Positions 40,673-49,449 of a DNA stretch of 64,000 nt are shown here, one piece after another. Positions within the stretch are counted from its first letter, which is position 1; every line of letters starts with the position of its first letter. Position numbers and translations under genes: made by a program. The notes under the pieces were generated by a model that did no database searches, was not told where the DNA came from, and saw only the letters and a program-made list of their open reading frames with translations. This DNA comes from a virus. The DNA is taken from positions 107,729-171,728 of IMG/VR virus record IMGVR_UViG_3300025889_000073; one strand, 5' to 3'.

Positions 40673-42381
40673 TTTTATTTGAAAATATACGATGGAAAAA
40701 TTTATTAAGTACCGGTAATTATTTCACAGAGATTTCTCTGTCTAATAATGCAAACACTTTAATCGTAGGTGAAAATGGTTCTGGAAAAAGCACGATGCTT
40801 GATGCATTGTGTTTTGCTTTGTTTGGCAAACCATTTCGTGATATTAATAAACCACAGTTACTAAATTCCATCAATGGAAAAGATTGTGTTGTTGAAGTTA
40901 AGTTCAAAATTGGCAACAACAACTATAATATCATTCGAGGTATCAAACCTAACATATTTGAAATATACTGCAATGGTGATTTACTAAATCAAGATGCTGC
41001 ATCCAGAGACTACCAGGAACACTTGGAGAAGTTCATCCTTAAAATGAACTACAAATCTTTCACTCAGATAGTTATTCTTGGTTCGGCATCTTTTACACCC
41101 TTTATGCAATTGAAGGCAGCTGACCGTAGGGAAATTATTGAAGACCTTCTTGATATACAAATCTTTTCTACAATGAATGGCTTGGTTAAAGAACGATTAT
41201 CAAATAATAAAGACTTAACAACTACCAAAAAACATGAGATAGATTTAACTCAACAGAAATATGATATGCAGAAAAAGCATATTGATAATCTGAAACAAAA
41301 CAATGATGATAAGGTGAATCAATATGTTGTTGAAATAGACAACAATAATGCCATAGTTAATTCTTTGTTGTCCAATGTTGCAATACTTACGACACAAACA
41401 GAAGAACTACAGAAAATTGTAAGTAATAAAATTGACACCGAAAACAAGGTCAAAAAAATTACAAAGTTTGAATCTCAAATAGAAAGTAACCTATCCAAGT
41501 TTAGAAAAGATATTGGGTTTTTTCAAACACATGATAATTGTCCAACTTGCCGGCAGGCCATCGAAGAAGGTTTTAAAGAAGAAGAACTAAACAATTTGAA
41601 CAATAAAGTTTCTGAATGTGAACATGGTTTATCTGAACTTGAAAAGAAACTGTTGGTAGAACAAAACAAATTAAATGACATATCAGAAAAACAAAAAGAA
41701 CTCAATCAGAAACAAGTAGAAATTGCCACTATTAATACTACAATCACCGAAACAAATAAGATGATTGCTAGGTTGAATAGGTTGGTTGAAGAACTTAAAG
41801 ACACAAAGCAATTTACCGATAAAGAAGAACAAGAATTAAACATCATTAATGATACATTAAATGACTTAAAGCAACATTTACGCACTCTTATAGATGAAAA
41901 AACATATTATGAAGTCGCATCAACATTGTTGCGTGATAATGGTATTAAAACAAAGATTGTCAAACAGTATTTACCTGTTATCAATAAATTAGTCAACAAG
42001 TATTTGGCTTCTTTGGACTTTTTTGTAAACTTCAACCTTGATGAATCATTTAAAGAAACGATTAAATCTAGACATAGAGACGAGTTTAGTTATCATAATT
42101 TTTCTGAAGGTGAAAAACAACGCATTGATATGGCATTGATGTTAACTTGGCGGTCTATTGCAAAACTTAGAAATTCTGCCAACACAAATCTTTTAATACT
42201 TGATGAGACATTTGATTCTTCACTTGATACTAACGGCACGGAAGAATTGATGAAGATACTTCATATGTTAGAAGGTGTAAACCTGTTTGTCATTTCACAT
42301 AAAGGTGATATATTACAGGATAAATTTTTAAATGTTATTAGATTTTCAAAAGAAAAGAATTTTTCGAGGATAGTAAAATGA
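40669..42381 (+). CDS. gp46: recombination ATPase gp46 (Rad50/SbcC-like)
   Basis: GENGSGKST, CPTC zinc hook, FSEGEK signature and LILDE. Confidence 0.97.
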   Translation: MILFENIRWKNLLSTGNYFTEISLSNNANTLIVGENGSGKSTMLDALCFALFGKPFRDINKPQLLNSINGKDCVVEVKFKIGNNNYNIIRGIKPNIFEIYCNGDLLNQDAASRDYQEHLEKFILKMNYKSFTQIVILGSASFTPFMQLKAADRREIIEDLLDIQIFSTMNGLVKERLSNNKDLTTTKKHEIDLTQQKYDMQKKHIDNLKQNNDDKVNQYVVEIDNNNAIVNSLLSNVAILTTQTEELQKIVSNKIDTENKVKKITKFESQIESNLSKFRKDIGFFQTHDNCPTCRQAIEEGFKEEELNNLNNKVSECEHGLSELEKKLLVEQNKLNDISEKQKELNQKQVEIATINTTITETNKMIARLNRLVEELKDTKQFTDKEEQELNIINDTLNDLKQHLRTLIDEKTYYEVASTLLRDNGIKTKIVKQYLPVINKLVNKYLASLDFFVNFNLDESFKETIKSRHRDEFSYHNFSEGEKQRIDMALMLTWRSIAKLRNSANTNLLILDETFDSSLDTNGTEELMKILHMLEGVNLFVISHKGDILQDKFLNVIRFSKEKNFSRIVK

Positions 42382-42959
42382 GTGATATATTAACAATTGA
42401 TACTTCAAAAGATTTGTATACTAATTCTAAACCATTAGAACCTTTGCCTCTGTTTGATGATAATCATCCTTATCTATCTAAAGTTATGCCTGATTACGAT
42501 ACTACGGCACTACCTAATACGAAAATGACAAACTTGGTACAACAATTGAAGATGACTATGAAACGATATGGCGGCATAGGGTTATCTGCCAATCAATGTG
42601 GTGTTATTGAAAGAATCTTTGTAATTGGCCATGAAGATTTCTCTTTGACTTGTATTAACCCAAAAGTTGTTGAACTTTCGGAAGACTTGGCAAGTCAGAG
42701 TGAAGGTTGCCTCAGCTACCCAGGTTTATATCTTAAAATAAAAAGACCGTCTTGGATTGTAGGTGAATTTACCACAGAAGAAGGCAAGACTGAACGTATG
42801 AGAATGGAAGGTGTAACTGCTAGATGTTTCCTACATGAACTGGACCACATGGACGGTAAAAAGTTTGTTGAACTTGTTGGTCCTGCAACACTAATGACGG
42901 CTAAAAGAAAACAAGAAAAGATGATGAAGAAATTTGTTAGAAAGCAAAAGAAAAAATAA
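42378..42959 (+). CDS. def: peptide deformylase
   Basis: GIGLSANQ, EGCLS and HELDH motifs. Confidence 0.95.
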   Translation: MSDILTIDTSKDLYTNSKPLEPLPLFDDNHPYLSKVMPDYDTTALPNTKMTNLVQQLKMTMKRYGGIGLSANQCGVIERIFVIGHEDFSLTCINPKVVELSEDLASQSEGCLSYPGLYLKIKRPSWIVGEFTTEEGKTERMRMEGVTARCFLHELDHMDGKKFVELVGPATLMTAKRKQEKMMKKFVRKQKKK

Positions 42960-44233
42960 TGTCATATTCATTCGACCCTAAAGACGATGTAGAAACACAA
43001 TGGCAGAAATGGCAAGATTCCGGCCTTGAGTTTGAAAACATTGATACTGATAAACTTCGTGAGAAAACTATTGAAGAACTCACTTATGTTTCTCAAATGG
43101 ATGTCCGTGAATACACACTATTCCAAAAGTGGTGTGAAGTACAAGACAAATACCCTTCTGTTGTTGTAAATGATTTGTGGGAAGGTGAAAGACTTGTACT
43201 GAAAGATGAAAGTCAACGGCGTGATATTGAAGAAGTGAAAACTAATATTTGGATGCCACAAGACCCAGAAGAATATTTGGCATTAGAACCTGAACTGGTC
43301 TATGCCAACAAACAAGATGATTTGCCTGAATTGTGGAACTGTATTCGTACATTCTCATCCACAATGAAGAACAATGCCAATATTGGGCGTAATCTAAACT
43401 TTATTGTAAAAGATAAAATTACAAAGAAGTATCTTGGTGTTATTTGTATTTCATCTGATTTCTTAGACTTAACACCGAGAGACAAGTACATTGGTTGGGA
43501 CAGAGAACTCAAAACCAAGAAGATGATTAATCATAGTGCCATTGGTTCTACAATTGTGCCTTTGCAACCACTTGGTTTTAATTATGTTGGTGGTAAGTTA
43601 CTTGCTCTATTGTGTCTATCTGATGACGTACAAGAAAAGTGGAAAGAATTGTATGGTGATATACTTGCAGCTGTCACCACAACATCTCTTTATGGTAAGA
43701 CCAAGGCTGGTGGGTTATCACAATACGATAACTTAGATTATTGGCAGTCTATGGGTTTCACAGCAGGTTCTGTCTCATTCGAACCACTAAAAGAAACACG
43801 ATACATGATTCGGGAATGGCTGAAAACAAATCACACTAGAAAATACTTTGATTGGTATGTTGCAAAGAAACCATCAGGTCAACCACATAAGCGTGACCAT
43901 AAGAATCGTTCACTTCAATTTGTTTACTCTCAATTAAATATACCAAAAGAATTAATCAAATCAGAACACGCTCGGGGAATTTATTGGTCGCCACTTTATG
44001 CAGAAACCTGTGAGTTTCTCCGAGGCGAACATGATGGCAAAAATATGAAAAAGTGTTTTGAATCTAGTGTAAATGACCTAAGTAATATATGGAAACAGAA
44101 GCACGCCAAGCCAAGAATCAAACAATTGGTTAAAAAAGGCAGAGTTTCACATGAAACCTTGTTCTACGACAATTTGGCAATTATGAATTGGGAACAGGTG
44201 AAAGAACAATATTTGCCACAAGTCGGCCGATAA
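42959..44233 (+). CDS. DUF4338/DruA-like protein (Mom/GNAT-related), paralogue 1
   Basis: GRNLNFIV.D, L.PRDKYIGW, VPLQPLGFNYVGGKLLALL and TTTSLYG...SQYD. Confidence 0.75.
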   Translation: MSYSFDPKDDVETQWQKWQDSGLEFENIDTDKLREKTIEELTYVSQMDVREYTLFQKWCEVQDKYPSVVVNDLWEGERLVLKDESQRRDIEEVKTNIWMPQDPEEYLALEPELVYANKQDDLPELWNCIRTFSSTMKNNANIGRNLNFIVKDKITKKYLGVICISSDFLDLTPRDKYIGWDRELKTKKMINHSAIGSTIVPLQPLGFNYVGGKLLALLCLSDDVQEKWKELYGDILAAVTTTSLYGKTKAGGLSQYDNLDYWQSMGFTAGSVSFEPLKETRYMIREWLKTNHTRKYFDWYVAKKPSGQPHKRDHKNRSLQFVYSQLNIPKELIKSEHARGIYWSPLYAETCEFLRGEHDGKNMKKCFESSVNDLSNIWKQKHAKPRIKQLVKKGRVSHETLFYDNLAIMNWEQVKEQYLPQVGR

Positions 44234-44256
44234 TTTGTTATAATATATCTTTAAAT

Positions 44257-44330
44257 GCGGATGTAGTTCAATGGTAGAACGGCAGCCTTCCAAGCTTCAT
44301 ATGTGGGTTCGATTCCCTCCATCCGCTCCA
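44257..44330 (+). tRNA. tRNA-Gly(TCC)
   Basis: GCGGATG/CATCCGC acceptor stem, GTTC/GAAC D stem, loop CTTCCAA, GGTTCGATTCC T arm and encoded CCA. One mismatch each in the anticodon and T stems. Confidence 0.88.
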
Positions 44331-44402
44331 TTAATACTAAAGTATTAAAAGTGAGTACTCACTAACTTATGTTGTTAAAATGCAACAAAAGTCAAAAAAC
44401 GC

Positions 44403-44431
44403 TTGACACCTCACTCAAAATGGATTATAAT
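44403..44431 (+). promoter_or_regulatory. consensus sigma70 (early) promoter for the CobT-like gene
   Basis: TTGACA-17 nt-TATAAT, with an A-rich upstream tract. Confidence 0.85.
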
Positions 44432-44459
44432 ACCACCATAAATTGGTAAAGGATTTATT

Positions 44460-46808
44460 ATGACATTTACGGTTCAACAAAAAACGGCACTAGCCAAACT
44501 AATGGCAACCGAGAACCTAACGGTTGAACACCAAAAAATTCAAACCGCAAAATTTGACCCTATTAAACGGGTACTTTATTTGCCAATTTGGCAAGATATG
44601 AATGGTTTTATGTATGACCTTTTGACCGGCCATGAAGTTGGCCATGCTTTGTATACTCCTGCCGAAGGCTGGCATGATGTTGCTTCTGATACATCCAAAG
44701 GTCGTTATTATAAAAACTTTTTAAATGTTGTTGAGGACGCTCGAATTGAGAAAAAAGTCCAGCGTAAATATCCTGGTCTCCGTCCTTCCTTCATTAAAGC
44801 TTATAATGAATTAATGAATCGTGATTTCTTTGGTATTAAAAATAAAGAAATCGATGGTCTGCCTTTTATTGACCGTCTAAACATTTTCACCAAATCGCAA
44901 TATAGTGCTTCTTGGATTTCTTTTAGTGCTCAGGAAGAATTAATTATCGAGCGTATCAAAACACTTGAAACTTGGGATGATGTACTAAAATTAACCCAAC
45001 AAATTTATGATTACTCTAAGGAAGAGCAATCAGAAATGTTTGAGGAAGTATATAACGATTTTGATTTCGATGATAACAATTATGATTATGATTCCGATGA
45101 ATATGATAATTATGATGATTATGGTGATTCAACTGAAACGGAAGACTTAAACGACAATTTTCAAAACAAAAATTCTGACAAACCAGAAGATAATGATGAA
45201 AATGATAATGATGATGTTTCCAGTGATGAAAATTCGGAAAACACGGAAGATGATACAACCGGAAAAATAAATCGTTTTAAAGATTCTAATCCTTATGATG
45301 GCCAATTTCAACCTCGGTGTCAAACTGATGAAACTTTCCGTCAAAAAGAATCAATTCTGCTTAATGAAAAATCAAAAGAATATGTTTATATACAAATTCC
45401 AAAACCTAAATTGGAAAAAATTATAACTCCATGGAAACGTGTTCAGGAACAAATGACTAAACACTATGAAACTGAAATATCAGAATACGGTCTTTATACT
45501 AAAGAGGATGTCAATTCTTGGGTAAAAGATTTTAAAAACAAAAATGAGCGTTATGTTGGTTTGCTTGCAAAAGAATTTGAAATGCGTAAAGCCGCCAAAG
45601 CGTTTAGTAAATTAAAAATTTCTGATACTGGTGATATCGATATTAATAAATTGGCATCATATAAATTTGATGATAATATTTTCCGTAAAGTTATGAGGGT
45701 GCCAAAAGGCAAATCTCACGGACTTGTACTATTGTTAGATAAATCTGGTTCTATGGGTGATAACATGGCCGGTTCTATCGAACAAATATTGGTGCTTTCT
45801 TTGTTTTGTCGCAAAGTGAGTATTCCTTTTGTTGTTTATGGTTTTGGTAATTCAACAGAAGCATTGGCTTGTGATTTAGGTTGTGACATGAGTGACCGAA
45901 CAAAATTGGTTGATTACTGGAATACCTTTGAAACAAATGAAGGAACTCTCTCCCTTGATGGTGTTCGTTTGCGTGAATATTTAAATTCATCTATGACAAA
46001 TGCTGAGTTTTCTATGGCTTTGCGTAATATGATTTGTTTGCAATCTGCTTTCGAACGCCGTTATTCAAATTATTATAGTGGCCGCCGAGCTTATGCAATT
46101 CCTCTATCGGAAGAAATGTCCAACACTCCACTTACTGAAGCTATTGTTGCAACAGCATCAATCATGAAAGATTTCAAACGTAAACATAATTTAGACCTTA
46201 CAAGTTTGGTTATTGTCCACGATGGTGATGCTGATTGGGTTCGTTGTTATAATACTATCATTACAAGCAAAGACGGTGAAAGTAGATTATCCCGTGAACA
46301 ATTTAATACAGAATCCCAAAATGTGATTTTGTGTGACCGTAAAAATAAATATGAAAAGAAATTGAAATGGTTGTTTCAAAAAAATAATATAATGTATGAT
46401 GTTTTAGATTGGTTCAAATCAACCACAGGTTCAAAAGTTTTTGGTTTCTTTTTGACTGGTTCTAAAACATCACACATAAAAAATTCCATTTATCATCGTT
46501 ACCATTTTGAAGATGGAAGTGATTTGCAACAAATTAGGAACCGAAGCTTTTATTCTTTTGATGACAAACTGAAACAATTGGTCAAACAAATGAAAAAAGA
46601 TAAGTTTCTTTCCAGTAAACCACAAGGATATGATAATTTTTTCCTGATTACTGGTGGCGATGACTTGAAAACTGAACAGGAAGAAATTGATGTTGGTGAA
46701 GGTAAAGTTACTTCTGCTAAATTGACAAAAGCTTTTATGAAATTCAATAAGAAAAAATCAATTAACCGTGTTTTGGTATCTAAATTCATTGAAGGAATGT
46801 CTACCTAA
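44460..46808 (+). CDS. CobT-like protein: zincin-like N-domain, acidic linker and vWA domain
   Basis: HEVGHAL and NVVEDARIE; Asp-rich linker; MIDAS LDKSGSM, NTPL and HDGD. Adjacent to a MoxR/CobS ATPase. Confidence 0.85.
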   Translation: MTFTVQQKTALAKLMATENLTVEHQKIQTAKFDPIKRVLYLPIWQDMNGFMYDLLTGHEVGHALYTPAEGWHDVASDTSKGRYYKNFLNVVEDARIEKKVQRKYPGLRPSFIKAYNELMNRDFFGIKNKEIDGLPFIDRLNIFTKSQYSASWISFSAQEELIIERIKTLETWDDVLKLTQQIYDYSKEEQSEMFEEVYNDFDFDDNNYDYDSDEYDNYDDYGDSTETEDLNDNFQNKNSDKPEDNDENDNDDVSSDENSENTEDDTTGKINRFKDSNPYDGQFQPRCQTDETFRQKESILLNEKSKEYVYIQIPKPKLEKIITPWKRVQEQMTKHYETEISEYGLYTKEDVNSWVKDFKNKNERYVGLLAKEFEMRKAAKAFSKLKISDTGDIDINKLASYKFDDNIFRKVMRVPKGKSHGLVLLLDKSGSMGDNMAGSIEQILVLSLFCRKVSIPFVVYGFGNSTEALACDLGCDMSDRTKLVDYWNTFETNEGTLSLDGVRLREYLNSSMTNAEFSMALRNMICLQSAFERRYSNYYSGRRAYAIPLSEEMSNTPLTEAIVATASIMKDFKRKHNLDLTSLVIVHDGDADWVRCYNTIITSKDGESRLSREQFNTESQNVILCDRKNKYEKKLKWLFQKNNIMYDVLDWFKSTTGSKVFGFFLTGSKTSHIKNSIYHRYHFEDGSDLQQIRNRSFYSFDDKLKQLVKQMKKDKFLSSKPQGYDNFFLITGGDDLKTEQEEIDVGEGKVTSAKLTKAFMKFNKKKSINRVLVSKFIEGMST

Positions 46809-46835
46809 ATTGTTGTTTTTGTGCGACACAGCTGG

Positions 46836-46864
46836 TTGCCAAACCTATCCGGTTGTGTTATAAT
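46836..46864 (+). promoter_or_regulatory. sigma70-type promoter for the cobS-like gene
   Basis: TTGCCA-17 nt-TATAAT with TG extended -10. Confidence 0.75.
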
Positions 46865-46897
46865 TCTTTATAAATTGTGAAAAAGGAAATTTTTATT

Positions 46898-48073
46898 ATG
46901 GCAAAGCGTTCTGAAATCCGTGAAAAATTCATCAATGCCTTGGCTGCGACTGGCCAAGATACCGTTACGGTCGATGAAATTAAAACTATTTGTTCGCAAA
47001 TTGATATTGCTCACCCCTACTGGTTTACTAATGACACCTCAAATCGTGTAAAACGTGGTACATATAAAGTGCCTGGTGTTACTGGTGTTGCTTTACAAGC
47101 GCAAGTGATTCCTATGACAAAACCTGTTGAGAAATCTTCTAACAAAATTGTAAATGTTCAAACTGAATTGGAAGAAACCAATTTGGTTCCTACGTCATAT
47201 ACTAACTATGTTCCATTTGGCAACTTTGATGATGTTTTGTCAATCGTTAAATCGATGCGTTTCTTTCCCGTTTTTGTTTCTGGCCATTCTGGTAACGGCA
47301 AGACCATGTCAATTGAACAGGCCTGTGCCAAGGCCAAACGTAAATTTGTTTGCGTTTCTATGACACCAGAAACCGATGAGAGTGACCTTCTTGGTAATTA
47401 TGTACTAATCGATGGTAATATGGAATGGCGTGATGGTCCTGTGACTACTGCTGCTCGCCAAGGCGCTGTCCTTTGTATTGATGAAATCGATTATGGTGCT
47501 CAGAACCTGTCCTCATTGCAACGGGTGCTTGAAGGCAAACCCTTTATGCTTAAGAAAAAAGGTGAATTGATTACACCTGCACCTGGTTTCACCGTGTTTG
47601 CTACTGCCAACACCAAAGGTAAAGGTTCGGATGATGGTCGTTATATGTTCACCAATGTTCTCAACGAAGCTTTTCTTGAGCGTTTTCGTACCACGATGGA
47701 ACAGGAGTTTCCGCCCGTAACTATTGAACGTAAAATCATTAAAAAAGAATTGGCCTCTGCTGGCCGTGAAGATGATGATTTTGCTGAAAAACTTGTAACA
47801 TGGGCTGATGTTATTCGCAAAACATTCGCCGATGGCGGTTGCGATGAGGTGATTTCTACTCGGCGCTTGGTTCATATTGTTGAAACTTATGGTATCTTTG
47901 GTGATAAAATCAAAGCACTTACCTTGTGTTTGAACCGTTTTGACGATGACACCAAGGCATCATTTGTTGATTTATATACCAAAGTTGATGCTGGTGCTTC
48001 TGCCGAACAAATTCTAACGGAACAACCAGAACAAACAGAAACTGGTGTAGGTGATAATGATATCCCGTTTTAA
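46898..48073 (+). CDS. cobS: CobS/MoxR-like AAA+ ATPase
   Basis: GHSGNGKT, LCIDEID, ATANTKGKGSDDGR, NEAFLERF and ISTRRL. Confidence 0.9.
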   Translation: MAKRSEIREKFINALAATGQDTVTVDEIKTICSQIDIAHPYWFTNDTSNRVKRGTYKVPGVTGVALQAQVIPMTKPVEKSSNKIVNVQTELEETNLVPTSYTNYVPFGNFDDVLSIVKSMRFFPVFVSGHSGNGKTMSIEQACAKAKRKFVCVSMTPETDESDLLGNYVLIDGNMEWRDGPVTTAARQGAVLCIDEIDYGAQNLSSLQRVLEGKPFMLKKKGELITPAPGFTVFATANTKGKGSDDGRYMFTNVLNEAFLERFRTTMEQEFPPVTIERKIIKKELASAGREDDDFAEKLVTWADVIRKTFADGGCDEVISTRRLVHIVETYGIFGDKIKALTLCLNRFDDDTKASFVDLYTKVDAGASAEQILTEQPEQTETGVGDNDIPF

Positions 48074-48091
48074 TCTCTGCCTGTATAAGTA

Positions 48092-48120
48092 TTGACATTC
48101 CATACTTAATACAATATAAT
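48092..48120 (+). promoter_or_regulatory. consensus sigma70 promoter for the winged-HTH gene
   Basis: TTGACA-17 nt-TATAAT. The -35 sits inside an imperfect inverted repeat (TGTATAAGTAT / ATACTTAATACA). Confidence 0.85.
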
Positions 48121-48126
48121 CAACGA

Positions 48127-48172
48127 ATTGCAGGGACGGGCCGCCTCTGTAATATTTTCCCAAGTGCGGCCC
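48127..48172 (+). ncRNA. putative H-type pseudoknot 5' leader RNA
   Basis: S1: ATTGCAGGG(48127-35) pairs with CTCTGTAAT(48145-53). S2: GGGCCGC(48138-44) pairs with GCGGCCC(48166-72). Confidence 0.6.
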
Positions 48173-48194
48173 ATTTTCTATAAGGAAATTTGTA

Positions 48195-48467
48195 ATGTCT
48201 GTTAAAGCTAAAGTTCTAGCGTATCTTTCGAAAGATTCGGAGTATAATACTCTAACCGCAAATAAAATGCGTTCCGTTTTCGGCGCAAAAAACCCCTCGG
48301 CCGTCATTGACGAGCTGCGTAAAGAGGGTCATGCTATTTACTTGAATAGCCGTACCAATGCAAGTGGCGAGAAAGTTTCTTTCTACCGTCTTGGTACTCC
48401 AACCAAGCGTATGATTGCTGCTGGTATCGCAGCCCTGCGTAATTCAGGTGTTCGTGCTTTTGCCTAA
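48195..48467 (+). CDS. small winged-HTH nucleic-acid-binding protein
   Basis: KVLAYL...LTA..M...FG..NPSAVI.ELRKEGHAIY...YRLG pattern; own promoter, SD (TAAGGA) and terminator. Confidence 0.75.
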   Translation: MSVKAKVLAYLSKDSEYNTLTANKMRSVFGAKNPSAVIDELRKEGHAIYLNSRTNASGEKVSFYRLGTPTKRMIAAGIAALRNSGVRAFA

Positions 48468-48485
48468 ATAATCTAAAAGCCGTTT

Positions 48486-48523
48486 AAGAGAGAGGATATA
48501 TAATTATGTCCTCTCTCTTTTTT
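48486..48523 (+). terminator. Rho-independent terminator
   Basis: AAGAGAGAGGATATA / TATGTCCTCTCTCTT followed by TTTT. Confidence 0.85.
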
Positions 48524-48537
48524 ACTATGGATTAATT

Positions 48538-49356
48538 ATGGAAATACAAATCAAAGTCGATGAACTGAAAAAAAGTAAAGTTTTTATTGCCACCCCTATG
48601 TACGGCGGCATGGCCAATGGCCTCTATATTAAATCGTGTTTAGACCTACAAAACACTCTCAACCGTTATGGTGTTGAAAGTAAATTCTCCTTCTTGTTCA
48701 ATGAGTCACTAATCACAAGGGCTCGAAATTATCTTGTTGATGAGTTCCTTAGGACAGAAGGTTATACACATTTATTGTTTATCGATTCTGATATTCATTT
48801 TTCTCCACAAGACATTTTGGCACTACTTGCCTTAGATAAGGATGTTATTGGTGGACCTTATCCTAAAAAAGCTATCAATTGGAAAAATGTTGCTGAAGCA
48901 TTAAGGAAAAATCCTGATATGGAACCAGGCGAATTAGAACAATTGGTAGGAGAATATGTTTTCAATGTGGTCAGAGGTACTAAACAATTTTCTGTTACTG
49001 AACCGTTAGAAGTTATGGAAATTGGAACAGGTTTCATGTTAGTAAAACGTGAAGTGTTTAATAAGATGGCAGAAGCCTATCCCATGATTCACTATAAACC
49101 AGACCACCAAGGTCAGGCCAATTTTGACGGGTCACGTTACATTCATGCTTACTTTGATACTGTGATTGATTCTAAAGATTCTATTACAGGCGGCGGTTCT
49201 GACCGTTATCTGAGTGAAGATTATATGTTCTGCCAGATGTGGAGAAAAATTGGTGGTAAAGTTTGGCTATGTCCTTGGATGAAAACACAACACGTTGGTA
49301 CCTATGCTTTTACAGGTAATATGCCAGCGGTAGCTAATTTTACAGGTAAACTGTAA
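48538..49356 (+). CDS. GT-A-fold (GT2-like) glycosyltransferase-like protein
   Basis: IATPMYGG, ESLITRARN, LFIDSDI (DxD), GTGFML and LSEDYMFC..W. Confidence 0.75.
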   Translation: MEIQIKVDELKKSKVFIATPMYGGMANGLYIKSCLDLQNTLNRYGVESKFSFLFNESLITRARNYLVDEFLRTEGYTHLLFIDSDIHFSPQDILALLALDKDVIGGPYPKKAINWKNVAEALRKNPDMEPGELEQLVGEYVFNVVRGTKQFSVTEPLEVMEIGTGFMLVKREVFNKMAEAYPMIHYKPDHQGQANFDGSRYIHAYFDTVIDSKDSITGGGSDRYLSEDYMFCQMWRKIGGKVWLCPWMKTQHVGTYAFTGNMPAVANFTGKL

Positions 49357-49448
49357 ATAAACAGAGGGTAAAACCTCTGCAAAATCTTGGTAAAACAAGT
49401 GCATTTGGTAAAACAAATGTTAAACATAAGACAATAAAGGGGTAAAAC
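49339..49448 (+). repeat. array of G-GTAAA(A)-C motifs; four lie in hairpin loops and the fifth abuts the start codon
   Basis: TTTACAG-GTAAA-CTGTAAA; CAGAGG-GTAAAA-CCTCTG; CTTG-GTAAAA-CAAG; CATTTG-GTAAAA-CAAATG; then GGTAAAAC-T-ATG. Confidence 0.85.
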
Positions 49449-49449
49449 T

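Noticed and set aside
42959-44233. Complete Druantia defence system
   Set aside because: Only DruA-like genes are present. There is no DruE-type large helicase or other dru gene nearby; UvsW is a standard phage helicase.
44257-44330. tRNA as an attachment site or prophage boundary
   Set aside because: No integrase or duplicated tRNA 3' end is seen, and phage genes continue on both sides.
45050-45260. GAT/GATTAT low-complexity repeats
   Set aside because: They simply encode the Asp-rich linker of the CobT-like protein.
49339-49448. CRISPR mini-array interpretation of the GGTAAAAC repeats
   Set aside because: The conserved unit is only 7-8 nt, the intervening sequences are self-complementary stems rather than spacers, and no cas gene is present.
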